Source: Sphagnum compactum
Lineage: Eukaryota
Direction of reading: 5' to 3'
DNA length: 64,000 bases
Assembly: GCA_965153455.1 (NCBI GenBank)
Contig: OZ234493.1
Coordinates: 30,308,213-30,372,212, forward strand
The notes under the pieces are model-generated. The model did not search any database. It saw only the letters and a program-made list of their open reading frames with translations, and had not been told where the DNA came from. The translations under genes and the position numbers were made by a program. This document shows, in pieces, positions 14,500 through 26,909 of this stretch (positions are counted from its first letter, which is position 1; every line of letters starts with the position of its first letter).

Positions 14500-16068
14500 C
14501 CTCTTTCAGCTCCAAGGTCATTGCATTCATCTTCTCCTCAAGCTCACATATTCGGGCTTCTAATGCGTTGTACTTTTCCGCCCAATTTTCACTACCTTTG
14601 TTCAGGATTGTAGTGTATTGTATAGGTGGTGGGTGGTTTACCTATCAAGACCAGCCCGAGTTAGATCACAGGTCTACTATTAAAGGCAAAATGTGCATAT
14701 AGTTTTACCCATATGGCATATTTGTCACAAAATATCAAGACTGAAAAACACCCACCTCTTCTTGAACAATTGCCTCTAACTTGTCCCAGTTAGTCCCGCA
14801 TTTTGTGTTACACCCAAGTTGCATCCAATGAATGTTCGTAGCTTTGACAAGTTTGATCTCCAACTTGGTTTTCAAGCAGGCATATTTACACTCTGCAGGG
14901 ATCACCTGCACAGTCAAGGTGTGGGAGTTAACCTAGTGAGCAGCCTAGGCACATTAGCAATGTGCTTATCCTTCTACTGTAACACAAATGGCTTATCCTT
15001 CTACTATAACACAAATGGCATAGTTATAATTAGTCACCTTGCCAAACAAGGGGAGTTGTAGCACGCACGGCAATGGCTCCCTGAGATTAATGACCAGGCC
15101 AAACTACCAACACACATTCCATCATTTGCTGCAAGTGACATTAAATCACAACATCCATCATTTTATATGACCTTTAATTAACTACATATTTTCACCACAC
15201 TTGTAATTCTCCAATGGAAACCGACTGTCCCTGCAGCAAGAAACAAGATGCTACTATGTCAGTGATTTTCCATTAGGCTGCTGTGATCACAGCACATTAT
15301 GTGTAACTGTGATCACAGCAGCCTAATGGAAAGAGACCCTAACACTGGCCCATCTATCACTGGGCCTTCAGAAACACACAGTGACCTGATAATAGAGGCC
15401 TGGAGCCATTCTTTTGGACAGTTCAATGCAGGGTGAAGAAACTGCTGTAAAAATTGTGCAGCTGATCTGGAAACACATATAAGTCATTAGAAGCCCAACT
15501 AACATACAACCAAACTATTTGAGAAACAAAATCAAGGTCTGGGAGTAGATAGAACTTGGAACATACAATGTGTTCACTGAAATGAACTTTCAGATCTTCT
15601 TCTTCAGCTGCCTTTGCCAAAATACAAACCACAACCAAACTGGTTGTTTGGTACCATTCATGCCTGCCACAGCCAAATAGATGCCTAACCACTAAAAGCA
15701 AAAACAGTCATAAAAGGAACTTTCTACTCCTACATTGTCCCCTACAGGTTATTCCATGTTTGATGGAGCATGGACTCCTGTTAGGAAAACCAAGAAACAA
15801 CCATTGTAACATAATGCAGCTAAATTGAGCCCACAACAACCATATGCAAGTTCGCCATATAAAAATCACCGAGCAACGGGCTTTGTTTTATACAACATTT
15901 GGATTCTACAAGAGCCCTTACTATAGATGTTTACTTGAATTTGGCCGGTGGAGCATATGGTGGTGGAGGGGACACCATGTCAACCACCTTGGTGTTTGAA
16001 TTGGCAGATGCAAATTGCAAATCCTTCTTAACCTTCAACTCCATCTCAACACCCATTCGTGTGTCCAT
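14500..16068 (-). CDS. SGT1-like: SGT1-derived gene or fragment in the cargo: complete CS domain plus start of SGS motif, joined to an unrelated coiled-coil exon
   Basis: In-frame GT-AG exons 16068-15935 (...PPPPYAPPAKFK), 15663-15567 (HEWYQTTSLVVVCILAK...VHFSEHI), 15103-15038 (...LPLFGK), 14905-14756 (VIPAECKY...KLEIKLVKA..IHW...NWDKLEA), then 14641-~14500 (KYNALEARICELEEKMN). The first four match SGT1 RHEFYQ / LFGKIIPEKC / WDKLEA motifs. Confidence 0.75.
15267..15332. repeat. 66-bp hairpin / micro-MITE with perfect 26-bp inverted arms
   Basis: TTTCCATTAGGCTGCTGTGATCACAG, a 14-nt loop, then CTGTGATCACAGCAGCCTAATGGAAA. Related copies at 40410-40474 and ~40745-40783. Confidence 0.85.
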
Positions 16069-19000
16069 CTCATTTTAGCAAGGATTAATAACTCTTAGGG
16101 TTTCTTCCAAGCTTGTCAGGTTTCTCTTCGAGCTTGAACGTCAATAGTGAATTTGGCCCGTGGTAAGGACCTTGCGAATTGTGACCAAGACCAAAACTCG
16201 CATCAACACTGCTTAATACCTGCAGAGTCCCTCATAGTCCCTCCATCAGCAACTAGGTTGTTAAAATCTACTGACCCACTGTGTGAACTTTAAGCAATCG
16301 TGCATTCTAAAAGAAACATCGCTAGTTTGTAAGATAAAAGTTGGAGGTAGTTGAAAGGGATCTAAAAATAGGGGAACAACTCTATATCACACCTAGAAAT
16401 TCACTTCTGTGAAGTTGAGCTTCTGAACAAACAACGACCTTTGTGTTGCTCGATCATTCACAAATCTTGGGATATGCTTGCATTTCAGTTTACCATGAAC
16501 ACCATACCAATCCAAACATATTTTGTGCCTTCTGAGATATACCGGATGCTCACGAGAACATCGACAACAAGCATCTAGATTACTTCTGAGATGCTCAATC
16601 CCTGAATCCTAGTGGTACCTCTGAACTAGCAACTTTACTGTGACATTGCTTGAAAGCACACTTAATGTAAGCAACAGTCTTTTCTTTGTCACATCCCCAT
16701 ACAGATTTCGTCATAATAGGTAGTCGTCATTTTCGTAAAGGGTTATTTAAAAGACTAGCCAGTACACTGAAATCAGGTGTTATCCGTGGGCAAATTTTTG
16801 TCAGGTTGAGGTGATAACGGAGGTGCATGTACATTTGGTACAAACTACACACTTACTCTGGACCCTAACGACTTGGCTCTTAAACCCTGAACCCTTCAAA
16901 CCCCAAATTGATCAACCCCCATATACCTCATAAAACACTGTTTTTTTGGGGAGTGAATTATCCCTTTCTTGTAAAAAAATCCAAGAAATTTTGGACAATG
17001 TTACTTTCTAATTTAATTTCAACCAATTTTGCTATTTTGAGGCAAATGTCGAGGAAATTATAACATCATATACATGGCACACTACTATGTTTCAAAACAA
17101 AACAATAATTTTTAGAGGGTGAATTTGCCTACCGTAAGTTAGAAATTGGAAATATATGAAGATAAATATGAAAAGACTGGAAATCCTTGGTTTGTCTATG
17201 TCAATTCTTGAAGATAAGAGCACCAAAAAGGAAGAAGCCAGAGTTTCTAGACTAGATCCCTGTGGTTAGGGAAAGAAGCTATGGATTAACCTAACTGTTT
17301 TAATACCAATCCAAGAATTCTTGTGTGAATTCAGCTAATTTTGTTAATGTCTTGAAAAAATCACCAAATTTTCAATATGACAATTTGAAGAAAAACATTA
17401 GTCATGCCATACCATTGTGCTCACATACTACATCTATTATAAGAATGCCCAATGCTAGAAGCTTAGGAAGATTATTAGTGTCTATGGTTTCCAATCTTGA
17501 GTTTATGAATTCTCTTCAATGTTGTTAATTGCTTTGAACATTGAAGGAAAAGGGTGCCAGAAAAACTAGGGAAATATTAACTCGTGGGAAATATTAACTC
17601 AGTTTAGGTTCATCCATAATTGAGTAATAATAGGCATAGAGTGGGTGGTATGCTGCTGGGTGCTGGTTCACTATGGCCTATTTTCAGATGCTTCGCCTTT
17701 GTAAAGAAATGGGTTGTAAAGAAATGGGTACATTGACAAATTTGGGCTTGGGAGGGTCCCAAAAATACACTAAGAAAAATTGGCCGGTTCTTTAGGCTTG
17801 TAAATGAAAAACCACCATTTCATCACATGGAGGTGGTATACTATATATGTCGTTTTTTAATAGTTAAATTGATTTCTAATGTATTATTCATGTATCCCCC
17901 TAAAGGCTTATACACTAAATCTAAATTAAAATGGAACTAGAAACTATGTATTTAATGCTTCAAAAAGTGTGAGGTTCCTTTCCTTATGGGTTCAGGGGCT
18001 TCCTTGAAGTTTTGCCAAGTTTTTTTCAAAGGCTTTTGTTGCTTGTCAGATTCCTTTGCATTCCAAATATGTATTAATGATTTCTTTTAAGGTTTGCACA
18101 CAATCATGGTTGTCCTTTGCACCAATGTCCCTTGGCTGAAGTGGCAATTATCCATAAAATGATTTAGTAGAATTTGGGTGAAAAAAAGTATGAAAGTAAG
18201 AAAAATTAGCCATCATTCTATTTTTTGGCTACCTATTGGAACCTAATATAAAATATGATGATTTTATATAGGAAAAATGAAATTAATTGATCAAAATTTG
18301 GTCTATAGAAAATTGTTTCAGCATAATTTTTTTTTAAGTGCAAATAATGAACTTGAAAAAGTGGCAGGATGACATAAACCAAATTTAACTTTATATATTT
18401 ATTTATTTATTTAGTTTACCTACTAGTGAATATTTTTTTAGCCAAATTTTACACTGTGTCTACAAAAAACATATATATAAAGTTGTAAATTTTTGGTTTT
18501 CTTGTGTAAGTTCAACATAAAGCAAGCCACAAGTTTTGAAACCATGAAATTGAGAAAGAAAAAAAATAGAAAAAGACATGGTTACCTGGTGGTATGTAAT
18601 GTATCGTATTTTGTTGCCTTCTGGCATTTTTGTGCCTCCCTAACACCTTTTGGCATGTTCCTGATTGCTGGTTGGTTGAACAACTTGTTTTTTTAATTTC
18701 ATATGGATGATAACCACTTCAGGAATTGATAAAAATTTTTCAAAAAAATCATGTCATAGTTTCCAACTTTGTAATGAACAAGTAAGGTGTTCCTTGGGGG
18801 TTGAATAGAAATAAGTGCCCTTGTTCTTGGAAGGGGGTATCAAGCCAAGTAAAAAACATCATGCATAATTGGACCACGAATAATATGTTCAACAAGAACA
18901 ATATGTCAAGCACTTCAGGTACTTGATAATTATTCAGGTTGTTCTAAATCGAATTGTCATAATAATCATGTATTATTGAAACAAAAATATTGTTTCATGC

Positions 19001-20304
19001 ACTTCAGGTGCATGATTATTATTTTTGTTTAAAAAGGTACCTACCTAAATAAGCAATTATAGCGCTCATGTGAAAAATAATAATGTCTAATGTCTCAATT
19101 ATTATTTATGTTGAAACATTGACAAAATTATGATGTTCTAAAAAACATTATGCATAATTGGATCATGAATAATATGTCAAACAAGAACAATATGTCAAGC
19201 ACTTCAGGTACTTGATAATTATTCATGTTGAATATAAACACGCGAAACAATTTCAAATATAAAAGAACTCACAAATTCATTTTCTTCAAATATATCGTTG
19301 AATAGATGACTCAATAAGCCTTCATCAAGTATACTAAAATTCGAGGAATCCATTTCACTTGAGCATCGATTTAGTGTGATTAAATTACATGCATTGAGGT
19401 CAGGAGAAGAGAGCTCGCTAACAAGTTCGGTGACCAATCAGCCGACCGAATTGTCAACGAGCACCGAGTAAAACCCAGCCCCCACAAACATTGCCTAACC
19501 AAACAACTAAAAAACAATGTTCATAGGGCCTCCCCTGATAACCTCAAAAATTATGCATGTAATTAAGCTTTTGTTGAAATGGATTTCAGGTGCATGATAA
19601 TTATTTTTGTTTAAAAGGTGCCTACCCCAAGAAATAACTTTGGTGCCCATGTGGAACACATACATGTTCACTCATGGCGATGATTTCTTCAGTTCCCGGC
19701 AATGGGTGGAGGTGCCTACCCCAAGAAATCGTCAATTTTTTGGCGTAGGGTCTAAGGGAGTTTAGAAAATAAGTTTCAACTTTGCCTGAGCTGCTTCAAA
19801 AGCAACAAGAACAGAAAACAAACAAAAAAAGGTTGGTACCTGATAGGGAAAACCATCATCACTTGTCATTACACTCAAGAAGACCATAACCAGATATAGG
19901 GGATATATACAAAAAATGGAAGGTTCTTTGAAAATCAAAATGAAATCTTCTGGTGAATGGAAGGTTTATGTGTAGTTGAAAGGGAAATTTTATGAGCAGT
20001 TGCAAAAACCAAACAGCAAGAATAAGGCGAACTACAACCCTAAAGAAAAGAGAAAACAAGACCACAAGACAGAAGTGAGGTGGGTTTGAACCCCAGCAAT
20101 GGTTGAAGAGGACACATGTTCAGGGACCCTTAGGGATGACCTTTCCATGACAAGATGTATGGCATTTGCCACTGACTTCATCAGTTCCCAGCAGATGGGT
20201 TGTAGGTTAATGCAGCAAATAAAACAACAAACTGAATTTGTGTCACAACCAACAAGCTTGAAGAGAGATTGAGAGTATGGGAGCTTGAGCACAGGAGAGA
20301 CTGA

Positions 20305-21685
20305 CCTGCAGTTTGGAGGTTGCTAGCATGCTGCTGCTGCTGCTGCAACTGAAGCTCATGCTGGTGCGGCTGTAGCTGAAGGGTACTTCGACTTTGGAGC
20401 TGATGATGTGAGTGTAGAAGCTCTTGTTGCTGCTGCTGTAGAAGGCGCTGCTGTTGTAGCAAGCTGTTGAATTGAGCACTGTTGATTTGTTGTGATTGCT
20501 GCTGCTGCTGCTGCTGTTGCCTCATGTGCATTTGGAGTTGCAACTCTTGTCTTTGAAGCTGAGGAGATAAACTAATTACAGTGTCAGGTCTCTGGACAGA
20601 ATGCTGAACCACCTGCTAAATACATATATCTCTATATGTACATATACTTGGGTGTATGTACAAGAAATGCACAAGAAACATGACAAAGAAAAGAGCCCAA
20701 AATTAGAAGGAAAATTAGGACAAAAAAACTCCTGGTTAAGATCCCGAGATTTCACATCACCATTGGCACCAACCTGATGAGCAATCGCATCTTCACTCTT
20801 CATTTCCCTTTTTGGAATCAGAAGCTGTTGTTGCTCAAGGTGATGTAACGTCGACTGATCTGTTAGCTGCTGTTGCTCTGGCTTTACCCTTACTAATGTC
20901 TGCTGTTGCTGTTGTGAACCTCCTAGAGCAACCACCTGTTGGGGTGGCGCAGTCGCACCTCCACCCAGCATTTGCTGACCTGTTCCCGCAGATTGTGGAC
21001 CATTTGTGATCAATTGGGCCACTGCCTGTTGTTGAGAAATCTAGGGCGCCTGATCTTGCTGCTGCTGTACTGACTGGGGGGCTTGTTGTTGTTGTTGCTG
21101 CTGCTGTTGCAAGAGCTGTGAGGCTGGTGCAACAGAGCCAGTCTGCTGAAGATGTTGATGCAGTTGCGTCTCCTGTGCCAACATTTCAACAAGAAAGGAT
21201 CAAGCTGACATTTTGTCGTTGAAAAGAATTCCAACCATGCCTTGCTCATTTGCTACAAGAAAAATTCAGATTTGTCACAACAGCTGTGTACTCCTGTACT
21301 CTTCCCCAACTTTTGTTTGTCATGGAGTATGTGTAGGGTGGTTTCAGGAATCAACTTGCTGCTTGAGTTGAGACAAATTAGGCAACCCTACTTGATGGCG
21401 GACAAGCGAACTAAGAGAGCCAATCGAGGAGAAGGACCTCGGTGAAGAAGCTGGCAACCCCAGTGGCATAGAACCCAGGCCAGGTGAAGGATGAGAGTCA
21501 GCAGCAGAGGTCAGCGCCATTATAGTACTCCTATTGCACTGTTGTAGACTCGTTACCCCCAAATGGCCTGGAATACTGCTGCTGCTGCGGTTGGGGAGCA
21601 ACTGGCCAGGTTGCGGAGCACCATCACATACCCCAACTGAGCTAGCTCCATTGACATTGAAGCCTTGGCTGATAGTTGCTGACAA
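20305..21685 (-). pseudogene. SEU-like: Truncated SEUSS/SEUSS-LIKE (Q-rich co-repressor) N-terminal exons in the cargo
   Basis: Peptides GASSVGVCDG, LPASSPRSFSS, VRVKPEQ...DQS and AQFNSLLQQQRLLQQQQQ resemble SEU/SLK N-termini. Introns include 20773-20613. In-frame TAG at 21043-21041. No LIM-binding (LDB) domain was seen downstream. Confidence 0.55.
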
Positions 21686-22989
21686 AATTACATTGAAACA
21701 GGTCTCCCCAATCCATCAAGCTTCTGCAGTAGTACAGCAGCTCATGTGCAGGAGCAGAGCTCTAGAGCTTGAAGCAGGATACAAAGCCCTAGAGCTTGAA
21801 GCCAGATCCAGACTTAAGTTGAGTTAGGAAGTTGGATGTGCAGGCAAACTGTTATCACATGAAGTACCAAATTTGAGAAGGATTAGCTGGAGGGAGGCTC
21901 CAGCCAGCTATTCCAAAAGCAGCAGATGAGAGACTTGATCAAGCTTCTTTACTACAATCACCTTATACATAACCTTGCTCGCTCCATGGATCATCGTCTT
22001 GACATTCTTTATTGCCATCCATCAATTGTTGAGTACCCAACTGATGCCACAGTATCAGGGTCATGAGGTTCTAGCTGGGAAGAAGAAGAGAAGCATCTTG
22101 TAATAAAACTAGCCAGAAGAAGCTGCTTGCATCTACTCCACACTTAGATATGCTATCAAATCCCCGAACAAACCAGTCTGCTTGCTTGCTAGCCCCAGCA
22201 ACTCATGGGTTGCACGTTCAACGGATGTGTGTGCTCAACTAGATTAGTTGTTGCTGCTGCTTCCCGAGCTTAAAGCCGTCCAAGAAGGTCTTTCTATTCT
22301 ATGTGTCCATCGCTGCCGTATGGTAATCGAAGAAAAAATAGGGTTATTTGGTGCCTGAAGACAATGCACTTCGTTTCTGAGCAAAAAACTTGTTGCAGGG
22401 GTGCTCCTCAAACTCCTCTTATGCATTCCCTCTAACGTGTATCTCTACTTCTTCCCCACACACACACACACACACTCGCTCTCTCTCTCTCTCTCGCTCG
22501 CTCTCCAAGGGCTGGCCCAATCTGCGAATTTGCGCCAGGACTGCGTCTATACTGGAAACTTTTTTTTCCAGGAAAGAAAAAACAGAAGACAGGCAAGAAG
22601 GTGGTGCATGTATTCTAGATCATATTCCACCGACCTCATGTGCTGCTGCACCCGGCAAGCAACACTCCCGCATCCAGAAGAGCTGCTGCTGAGGGCATGA
22701 GGAGATTGCAGAAGAAGCTAGGCGGCGGCAACAGCAGCATAATATTACTGGAAGGCTTCCGGCAGCTGCAGCAGCACTACCTAGTTGCTGCAACGTCAAC
22801 GATCTGGTTGAGAGAGATTGCTGAGAGAGGTAGGAGCTTTGGTTACAAGTCAAGTTGTTTTTTAGCTTTCACAGAAGAGAGAGACTGAGGACTAGAGGGA
22901 CGGCTTGTTGCTGTTGTTGTTACGAACGTCCTACGCACGAGATAGAAAGACGCGAGCGAGCGAGTGGCCATGCTTGATGGAATACTATG

Positions 22990-23842
22990 CTCTCCGTCCC
23001 GTCATCCATCCAAACAGAACAAATATATATTTTTAAAAGGGAAAAAACTAGAAAAAATTAAAAACAGAAAAACACTTTAACAATTAGAAACTTTTTGTAA
23101 ACACTTAAACATGAAACAAAAAAGGGAAATACAGTAAAATAATCTTTAAAAAAATAAAAAAATAGATGACAAAAAATAAGAAACAAAACAGAGAGCAAAA
23201 GAAAGAGAAAAAAAATCATACTTGAAAAAAAAATGAGGTTTGTCTTCTTTTTCCAAACTTCAAACCTGCATATAATCAAACAAAAAATTATTTTTATCAT
23301 AAAACATATTAGAAAAACTAGAATATTTTTTGGAAAAGAAAATAGAAACTAAATAAATAAATAAACGCATAATTTTTAAAAAAAATGAAGATAGACAAAA
23401 TAAGAATAGAAAAAATTAAAACATGAAACAAACATAAACAAAAAAGTAAAACACAAAAACTATAAAAAAGGAATGGAAACAAATGAAACAAGGAAAGGGA
23501 AATACTAGTAAAATCATTTTTTAAAAAAAAATACAAAAAAGAAGAAACCAAATAAAGAGTAGGAAATAAGAAAAAATAAAACTTATAATAATGAAGAAAA
23601 ACCCTACTTGAAAAAGAATGAGGTGTGTCTTCTTTCTCCAAACTTCAAACTTGCATCCAAATAAACAAAAATACAAAAGTGAAAAAAAAACACTTTATTT
23701 TTATTTTACAAAATAATAATAAAAACAGAAAACACATAAAAATAAAAAATAAAAAAGATAAAAGTTTTTTTAAAAAACTAAAACATGAACCAAACATTGT
23801 TGAAATAACACACTTGTGCATTAGGCACGGGGTTCAAACTAG
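22990..23842 (+). mobile_element. Non-autonomous Helitron-like element (A-rich filler) within the cargo
   Basis: 3' end GTGCATTAGGCACGGGGTTCAAACTAG|T (hairpin plus CTAG-T). The last ~60 bp are nearly identical to the element at 53244-53391. The 5' boundary is approximate. Confidence 0.6.
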
Positions 23843-24799
23843 TAGAAGATAATATATATATAACGTGTTTTTCAGGTATATATGTATTGAGTGAAGTTGG
23901 GGTTCAGATAGAGCTTCTTATTCTGAGATATTATTTGGGTAAGATGTATGGTGATGGTGCTGTTCGAAAACGACATTTTGTTTTAAGACACTCTGACTTC
24001 TCTCACAATGGTGTTCTTTCTTTCTATCCATTTGTGATTGTTATGGCTGAAACAGTGGAATCTGCCACTTGCAAGTAACGTGTTTTTCAGGTATATATTT
24101 GACTGGCATTATGAATATACCACCACTTGTAACCCTTTCCAAGGTTTGCATATTGTCTGGTTATGGTTATTAAGGGGGACAATAACATGTATTTTCATGT
24201 CTGGTTTCTGATGTGTGCTTTATTCACATGTCTACCCATCAAGACTATCAGGGCCGACTTTGGAACCAACTCATGCATTACATGGACTATAAGGTGTATA
24301 TGTGCCATGAGACCCTCACTTGTACTGGATAATTGTTGGAATAAAATAGATTATTTCCACATGTCAAACCCACATATTGTAATCTTGAGGGGATTAATTG
24401 GACCTTCTTGTTGAATACACATATACATTGTTTTGCTTCATCAAGTGATAAACTATTGTAAGTAAAATTGATATCTTCAATTGTCAATTGTCTTCTAGAT
24501 GTTTGTGGAGCAAGCTACTAAAAGTTGGGGATAGATACACTATTTTAGGTGTGGCAAAATAAATTAAGTTATTTTTCACCTATATCCTAAACCTTATCAA
24601 TGGGATTGTCATTTGTAGGCAGCCCTAATCCTAGACATGCCTACAAAAAATGTGTACCTAGCTTACCAAAAGACCATAGTTGGCATATTTTGGTTACACA
24701 TGCAACTATGAGTATATGCATATCAAATTTATACGATGATATATCAAATATATACGATGATATATCACAGAAATCATCCAAAGGTTGGGATGAAGGTGA

Positions 24800-24948
24800 T
24801 CATAGTTGCACCATAGTTGCATACACACCCAAAAAGGGGGCAAAAATCCATTGTAGTTGCATAAAATACCAAAGATAGTTGCATGCGACCGGCAGTTGCA
24901 TCCCAGTTGCAAACATGGTGGTTGCATATGACAGAATTTCTAGTAGTG
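24800..24948 (+). mobile_element. Orphan terminus of a second CACTA family
   Basis: Ends ...CATATGACAGAATTTCTAGTAGTG (reverse complement CACTACTAGAAATTCTGTC), preceded by multiple AGTTGCA/GTTGCA subterminal repeats. No matching partner end was found in the cargo. Confidence 0.75.
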
Positions 24949-25129
24949 GAAGAATTATGACCCGCAAATGGTTTTGAAATCCACTGTGTATCGCAAGAGC
25001 ATGGCACTGTATTCTTATTTTGGAAGCAGGGTTTATATTCATTTGGAGTCACTTTGGAAGGCAAAAAAAAAAATCTATATCAAAATTTCAAAATTTACAA
25101 TGTAAAAGGGTTTGCAACCCTTGGGTATC
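24949..25129 (+). repeat. 181-bp direct repeat, copy 2 (right flank of cargo; 3' of the TnpA-like gene)
   Basis: Near-identical to 12426-12606; begins immediately after the orphan TAGTAGTG end. Confidence 0.95.
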
Positions 25130-25144
25130 TAACACACTAGCTGT

Positions 25145-26909
25145 CTATCTAGACTTCCTTCCCCTCTTGGATTTCTTCCTTGAATTTTTCTTCCTAGTGT
25201 TCTCTGGTGGAGGCGGAGGCTGCTCATCCTCCTCCCTCTCTTCATCGTCCCCCTGCCCCTCGTCCTCGTCCTCGTCCTCCTCCTTATCCTCTTTATCTTT
25301 GCCCCCTGCAGAACCTGCATTTCGACTAGCAAATGAACTGGGTCCATTGCTAGTGGTAGCACTGGGAGTAGTGCTAGCGCCTCTCTCCTCCTCATCACTG
25401 CTGCCCTGGGAGCTCTCACTCTCACCCTTAAATGCCTGCATTTCAACATGCAAAGCTTAGTTAACACCATAAATGAAAATCTTGATTCAAATGAAAACAA
25501 TCTCAACACAAACAGAAATTGAATCCCAACCAAACCCACTCACCAATAGTGCATCAACATGTTCAAAAAGATGCTCCTTGCCATGCTCCTGGCCCATTGT
25601 CATTTCTGCAGCTGTGATCTTCCTCTTGTACCTCTTGTACTATCCCCATAATATAACAGGTCAATAAAAACGCATAAAGAATCTATTCAAGTCTCCGACC
25701 ACTTTTGCGAAGCGCAGACCTTCGCATATTGAAACTTGCGAAACAGTTTGCGAAACAAATCCCATCGTATCTTTGCGAAACAAACGCCATTTGACCTATA
25801 TTTGCGATGCAATTCGCATCGCAAAGGTATTGCAAACAGTCCTATTTAACTCCACAGAAACTCAACTTTATTCGAATCTTTGCAGGAAAGAAATGGAGGA
25901 GAGGGAGGGTACTTACAAATGCTACTTTGAGGCCGGGAATGCCACCTTGACCTAGCCTGTGGGTGGTGGGTGGAACCAGTTTCACTCGCTCTGCTGCCTT
26001 GAGGAACTTCAATGGTGGATCACCAACCTCGTCCACCACTGATTGGCATTCAGCAAGCTTCAGCTCCAGTGCCTTCAGGTCACGATTAGACCTCCCAAAC
26101 TCTCTTGCCTTCGAAGCCTTGGCTAGCTGCTCTGTGATCTCCTTCAGCTGCCTTGCTGCTTTCAGCTGCACCTCAGACTGGTAGAAGGCATTCCAGATGT
26201 CTTCTGAGAACTGAAGCGGCCTCTCCAAGTTCCTGTACACATTCAGGTTTCTCAGGTGAGCACGAATCTTCATCCTGTCATGGTATCTTGCTTGAGACAT
26301 TGAATTGGAGATCTTGTCTGCAATCCACTGTGAATCAAGCTCTCCTCCATTTCGAAATGCTCCCTTGACCTGATTTATCACTCTCTTCTGCTCTGCCTTT
26401 GAGAGAGTGCCCCACTCAACTCCTCGTGCAAAGTTGGTGGAGACAATGTGCCTAATGGTGCTCTTGGCCCCAGTGTATGCCAACTCGGTTGGAATTCCCT
26501 CCTCTGCCAATGTTATTAGAGGGAGCTTCTTCCTCTCCTCCTCCTTCTTCTTCAGGTCGAGCTTCTCCTTTCTGATGGCATCCCTCTCATCCTTCCTCCT
26601 TTTCTTCTCGAGAGTTTTAGGTGAAAGAGCTCCTGTTGTTGCTCCCTCATCTCTCTTTCTCTTCTTCTCTGCTGCCTTGGCTTCTGCAGCCTTCCTTGCC
26701 TCCTCCTCTCTTTGTGCTTCCCCAACAGTCAGCCCTGCTTGCAATGCTTGACCTAAGATGGCTGTCAAGGATGCCAGCCCTTCAGGTGTCCTAGTATCGA
26801 TTGCAAACAGCTCTGAAGCTTTCAAGTGATCAGCAACCATCTTCCTCAACCTTTCCTCATTGTTGTCACCTGCTCTAGACCCAAAACCCCCTCCACCAGT
26901 CCCAGCCAT
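25145..26909 (-). CDS. CACTA second ORF, TnpA/PTTA (Transposase_24)-like, 3 exons, ~459 aa, apparently intact
   Basis: Exons 26909-25917, 25639-25544 and 25435-25145, all phase-0 GT-AG. RPLQFSEDIWNAF and HRLGQGG motifs are typical of En/Spm PTTA proteins; acidic then basic C-terminal tail. Lies inside the CACTA element. Confidence 0.7.

Noticed and set aside
18857-19230. ~85-bp direct repeat pair inside the cargo
   Set aside because: Appears to be an internal repeat of an AT-rich decayed element; no termini identified.
12605-23842. Whole cargo as one gene-capturing Helitron ending at CTAG 23842
   Set aside because: The cargo continues 1.1 kb beyond the CTAG, Helitrons do not create 181-bp duplications, and the matching short element at 53244-53391 suggests a 5' end near 22990.
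23058-23852. F/L/K-rich ORFs on both strands
   Set aside because: Low-complexity A-rich filler; no domain signal.
12426-25129. 181-bp direct repeats as LTRs of a TRIM/LARD retroelement
   Set aside because: No TG...CA ends, PBS, PPT or TSD; the repeat is CACTA-internal sequence downstream of the TnpA-like stop.
26407-26751. Antisense ORFs overlapping the TnpA-like, NCS1 and IQ genes
   Set aside because: Shadow frames of real coding sequence on the opposite strand.
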